From Candidatus Omnitrophota bacterium (GTDB taxonomy: Bacteria; Hinthialibacterota; Hinthialibacteria; Hinthialibacterales; JAKPRU01), in NCBI GenBank assembly GCA_029570205.1, contig JAKQSI010000032.1:52585-76584 (forward strand): a stretch of DNA of 24,000 bases. The letters run 5' to 3'. The notes under the pieces were generated by a model. The model worked only from the letters and a program-made list of their open reading frames with translations, did no database searches and had not been told where the DNA came from. The position numbers and the translations under genes were made by a program. This document shows, piece after piece, positions 22,280 to 24,000 of this stretch (its first letter is position 1; each line of letters starts with the position of its first letter).

Positions 22280-23212
22280 TTATTCCCCGGCAAATTCCTG
22301 CCAAATCTTCTCGACATCCCATGATTCACCCTCCGCCGGTTTGCCGGCGGCGACCGCACCATAGCGAAGATGCCATTGTTCCCCGGCTTTCAGGACTTTC
22401 GCTTTTTCCATGTTCGGAGAAGAAGAAATAAACTGCATATCTTTTTCCAGCACGTAAAACCTGGTCGGATGGCTGTCATTGGAAGGATGATCCAGGATGG
22501 CGGCGAGAGCCGGTCGGCCTGCCTGAATGCCGGAGATGGCACACCATTTGGCGGTCTTTCCTCGGCATTCATCCGCGCCTTCTTGTCCGTTGGAATTGAA
22601 GACACGAATTTGCTCAAACGGACCATTGCGCAGTGTGAATCCATGATACTCGCGAGGCTTATCCTTGTCGGAACCGAACACCACTTCCGGGGCAAGCGCG
22701 GTAAGAGTCAGGTCTACATCCACCAGCTGAAGGTTGCCTTGCGGGAGCAGGAAAGTCCACATACATTGCTCGCGAACCAGTGGTTCGCCGTTCTGACGCA
22801 CCCAGAGGCTTTCTTCGCGAATTTGAGCGCTTCCATCCGGCAGCGTCCGGGTCTCAATTCCCGCCGGGATCATTTTCCCGCGCTGCCCCTGGGGGGAGTT
22901 CAACTCGGCCCAGAAATCCTCGCCGGAAACATCCGGCCAGCCCACGCACAACCCGCGATGATGAAGGTGATCGGCTGGGGAATCGTAAGTAATTACCCGG
23001 CCGTCAGGGCTTCGCAGCGGATGGATGTAACTTTTGTCCAGCGCAAGACCGCTGTGAAAGATCGCCACTTCCTTGCCGTTCAGCGACACGGTGATTTCCT
23101 CTCGCTGAGCGCGGTCGATTGTAAATCCTGTTTGTCCCTGTGAATTGGCCGTATTACAGAACATCAAAGCCGGCATCACAAACAGGCAGATTGTCGGAAT
23201 GCTCCTTCGCAT
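22280..23212 (-). CDS. PmoA-family / DUF6807 protein, exported
   Basis: The signal peptide is MRRSIPTICLFVMPALMFCNTANSQ. The core motif is YIHPLRSPDGRVITYDSPADHLHHRGLCVGWPDVSGEDFWAE. It is adjacent to a Gfo/Idh/MocA gene, the family's usual neighbour as I recall. Confidence 0.75.
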   Translation of the reverse strand: MRRSIPTICLFVMPALMFCNTANSQGQTGFTIDRAQREEITVSLNGKEVAIFHSGLALDKSYIHPLRSPDGRVITYDSPADHLHHRGLCVGWPDVSGEDFWAELNSPQGQRGKMIPAGIETRTLPDGSAQIREESLWVRQNGEPLVREQCMWTFLLPQGNLQLVDVDLTLTALAPEVVFGSDKDKPREYHGFTLRNGPFEQIRVFNSNGQEGADECRGKTAKWCAISGIQAGRPALAAILDHPSNDSHPTRFYVLEKDMQFISSSPNMEKAKVLKAGEQWHLRYGAVAAGKPAEGESWDVEKIWQEFAGE

Positions 23213-23249
23213 GGTTTCCTGCTCCTTTCATGGCCGCCTGCCTCTGAGA

Positions 23250-24000
23250 TTATCGCAACGGCAGTCGGACGGGTTGTCTGGTTTCGTAACACTGCTGCGC
23301 CGCAAATACCACTTCATGGGTATTGATGCTGTCTTCCAGGTTGCAGTGAGACTCCCGGTCGTTGAGAATGCAATCCACAAAATGGTTCATCTGCCCCTGG
23401 AACGGATGATGAGTGACATCCGCGCTCACCGGCAAAATAGTGGGGATCTCCACCCAGTCTTTCTGGCCGGGGAACTTGTGTGACCAGACCCGGTTGTCTC
23501 TCACAGAACCCTTATCCCCGAAAATCTGGATGGGGAATGTATATGGCATGACACAATCGAAATTAACCGAGACTTTTCCGATCGCGCCCGTGTCGAATTT
23601 CACGAGGACCACTTCCAGCCCGTCATATTCCATCGGGGGAACATTCTCTACCCATGTCCCGGTGAGGTAATCAAATTCGCGAGTCAGTCCCTTCCGATAC
23701 CCGCCGCAGTACGCAAAAACCTCGGTAATCTTCGCCGGTTGGTATCGCCCGCGCCCGGCAAACCACCGCGCGGCATCGATGGCATGGCAACCGCCCACGT
23801 TCAGTGCGCTGATCCCGGTCGACTTCTTGCGGACATCCTCGAATCCCGACCACCATCCGGCAATATCGTGTTCGTAGTCGGTTTCGACATAATAGACCTG
23901 CCCGAAAGCGTCATCGGCTATCATCGCCTTGAGAGTCTCAAACAGGGGATTCCAGCGCAGGACAAAACTCACAACCGTCTTGACGCCTGCCTTGCGGACC
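23250..24000 (-). CDS. Gfo/Idh/MocA-family oxidoreductase, C-terminal part (5' end beyond the window)
   Basis: ORF 23250..23972 remains open upstream to the window edge (…VRKAGVKTVVSFVLRWNPLF…). The sequence DDAFGQVYYVETDYEHD and NVGGCHAIDAARWFAG is typical of the alpha/beta C-terminal domain of this family. Confidence 0.8.
   Translation of the reverse strand, partial: VRKAGVKTVVSFVLRWNPLFETLKAMIADDAFGQVYYVETDYEHDIAGWWSGFEDVRKKSTGISALNVGGCHAIDAARWFAGRGRYQPAKITEVFAYCGGYRKGLTREFDYLTGTWVENVPPMEYDGLEVVLVKFDTGAIGKVSVNFDCVMPYTFPIQIFGDKGSVRDNRVWSHKFPGQKDWVEIPTILPVSADVTHHPFQGQMNHFVDCILNDRESHCNLEDSINTHEVVFAAQQCYETRQPVRLPLR

Noticed and set aside
18382-23143. Long opposite-strand ORFs (18382..19341 +, 19333..20283 -, 20900..22000 +, 22370..23143 +).
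   Set aside because: Each is antisense to a gene with clear catalytic motifs (radical SAM enzyme, SAM methyltransferase, flavoprotein operon, PmoA-family protein). All have R/H/P/G-rich shadow composition.

Overview
The window is a bacterial chromosomal segment of moderately high GC. Its gene content (DUF6807/PmoA-like with Gfo/Idh/MocA, DUF3604, many exported enzymes, REP-like SPxGRGxGEG-coding palindromes) suggests a PVC-type or related environmental lineage, but this is an impression and was not tested. The left ~9.7 kb is accessory or defence-like. It holds a partial phage-type Dam methyltransferase and a frameshifted PD-(D/E)XK restriction-endonuclease-like gene directly downstream of housekeeping ftsH. 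Next comes a compact cassette (about 4.4-8.5 kb) made of an orphan HTH-fused terminase-large-subunit-like ATPase/nuclease, divergently paired with a beta-class N6/N4 DNA methyltransferase whose 3' end overlaps a PD-(D/E)XK nuclease candidate. A two-gene toxin/antitoxin-like pair (DUF2283 partner) follows. The cassette is my best candidate for an undescribed system. It has no other phage morphogenesis genes, it is bracketed by the only inverted pair of a REP-like palindromic element, and a 9-mer (AGGGGGATT) occurs four times on one strand only in the intergenic DNA bordering its genes. The right ~14 kb is mostly ordinary metabolism and envelope: a signal-peptide HpcH/HpaI aldolase, DUF3604 metallohydrolase, OprO/P-like porin, MsbA-like ABC exporter, tandem-ATPase sugar-type ABC protein, AmmeMemoRadiSam-type radical SAM enzyme, SAM methyltransferase, lipA, a flavoprotein operon with two small unknowns, a PmoA-family protein and a partial Gfo/Idh/MocA oxidoreductase. 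I found no rRNA, tRNA or CRISPR array. All family assignments come from motifs read by eye in the translations. No database search was run.
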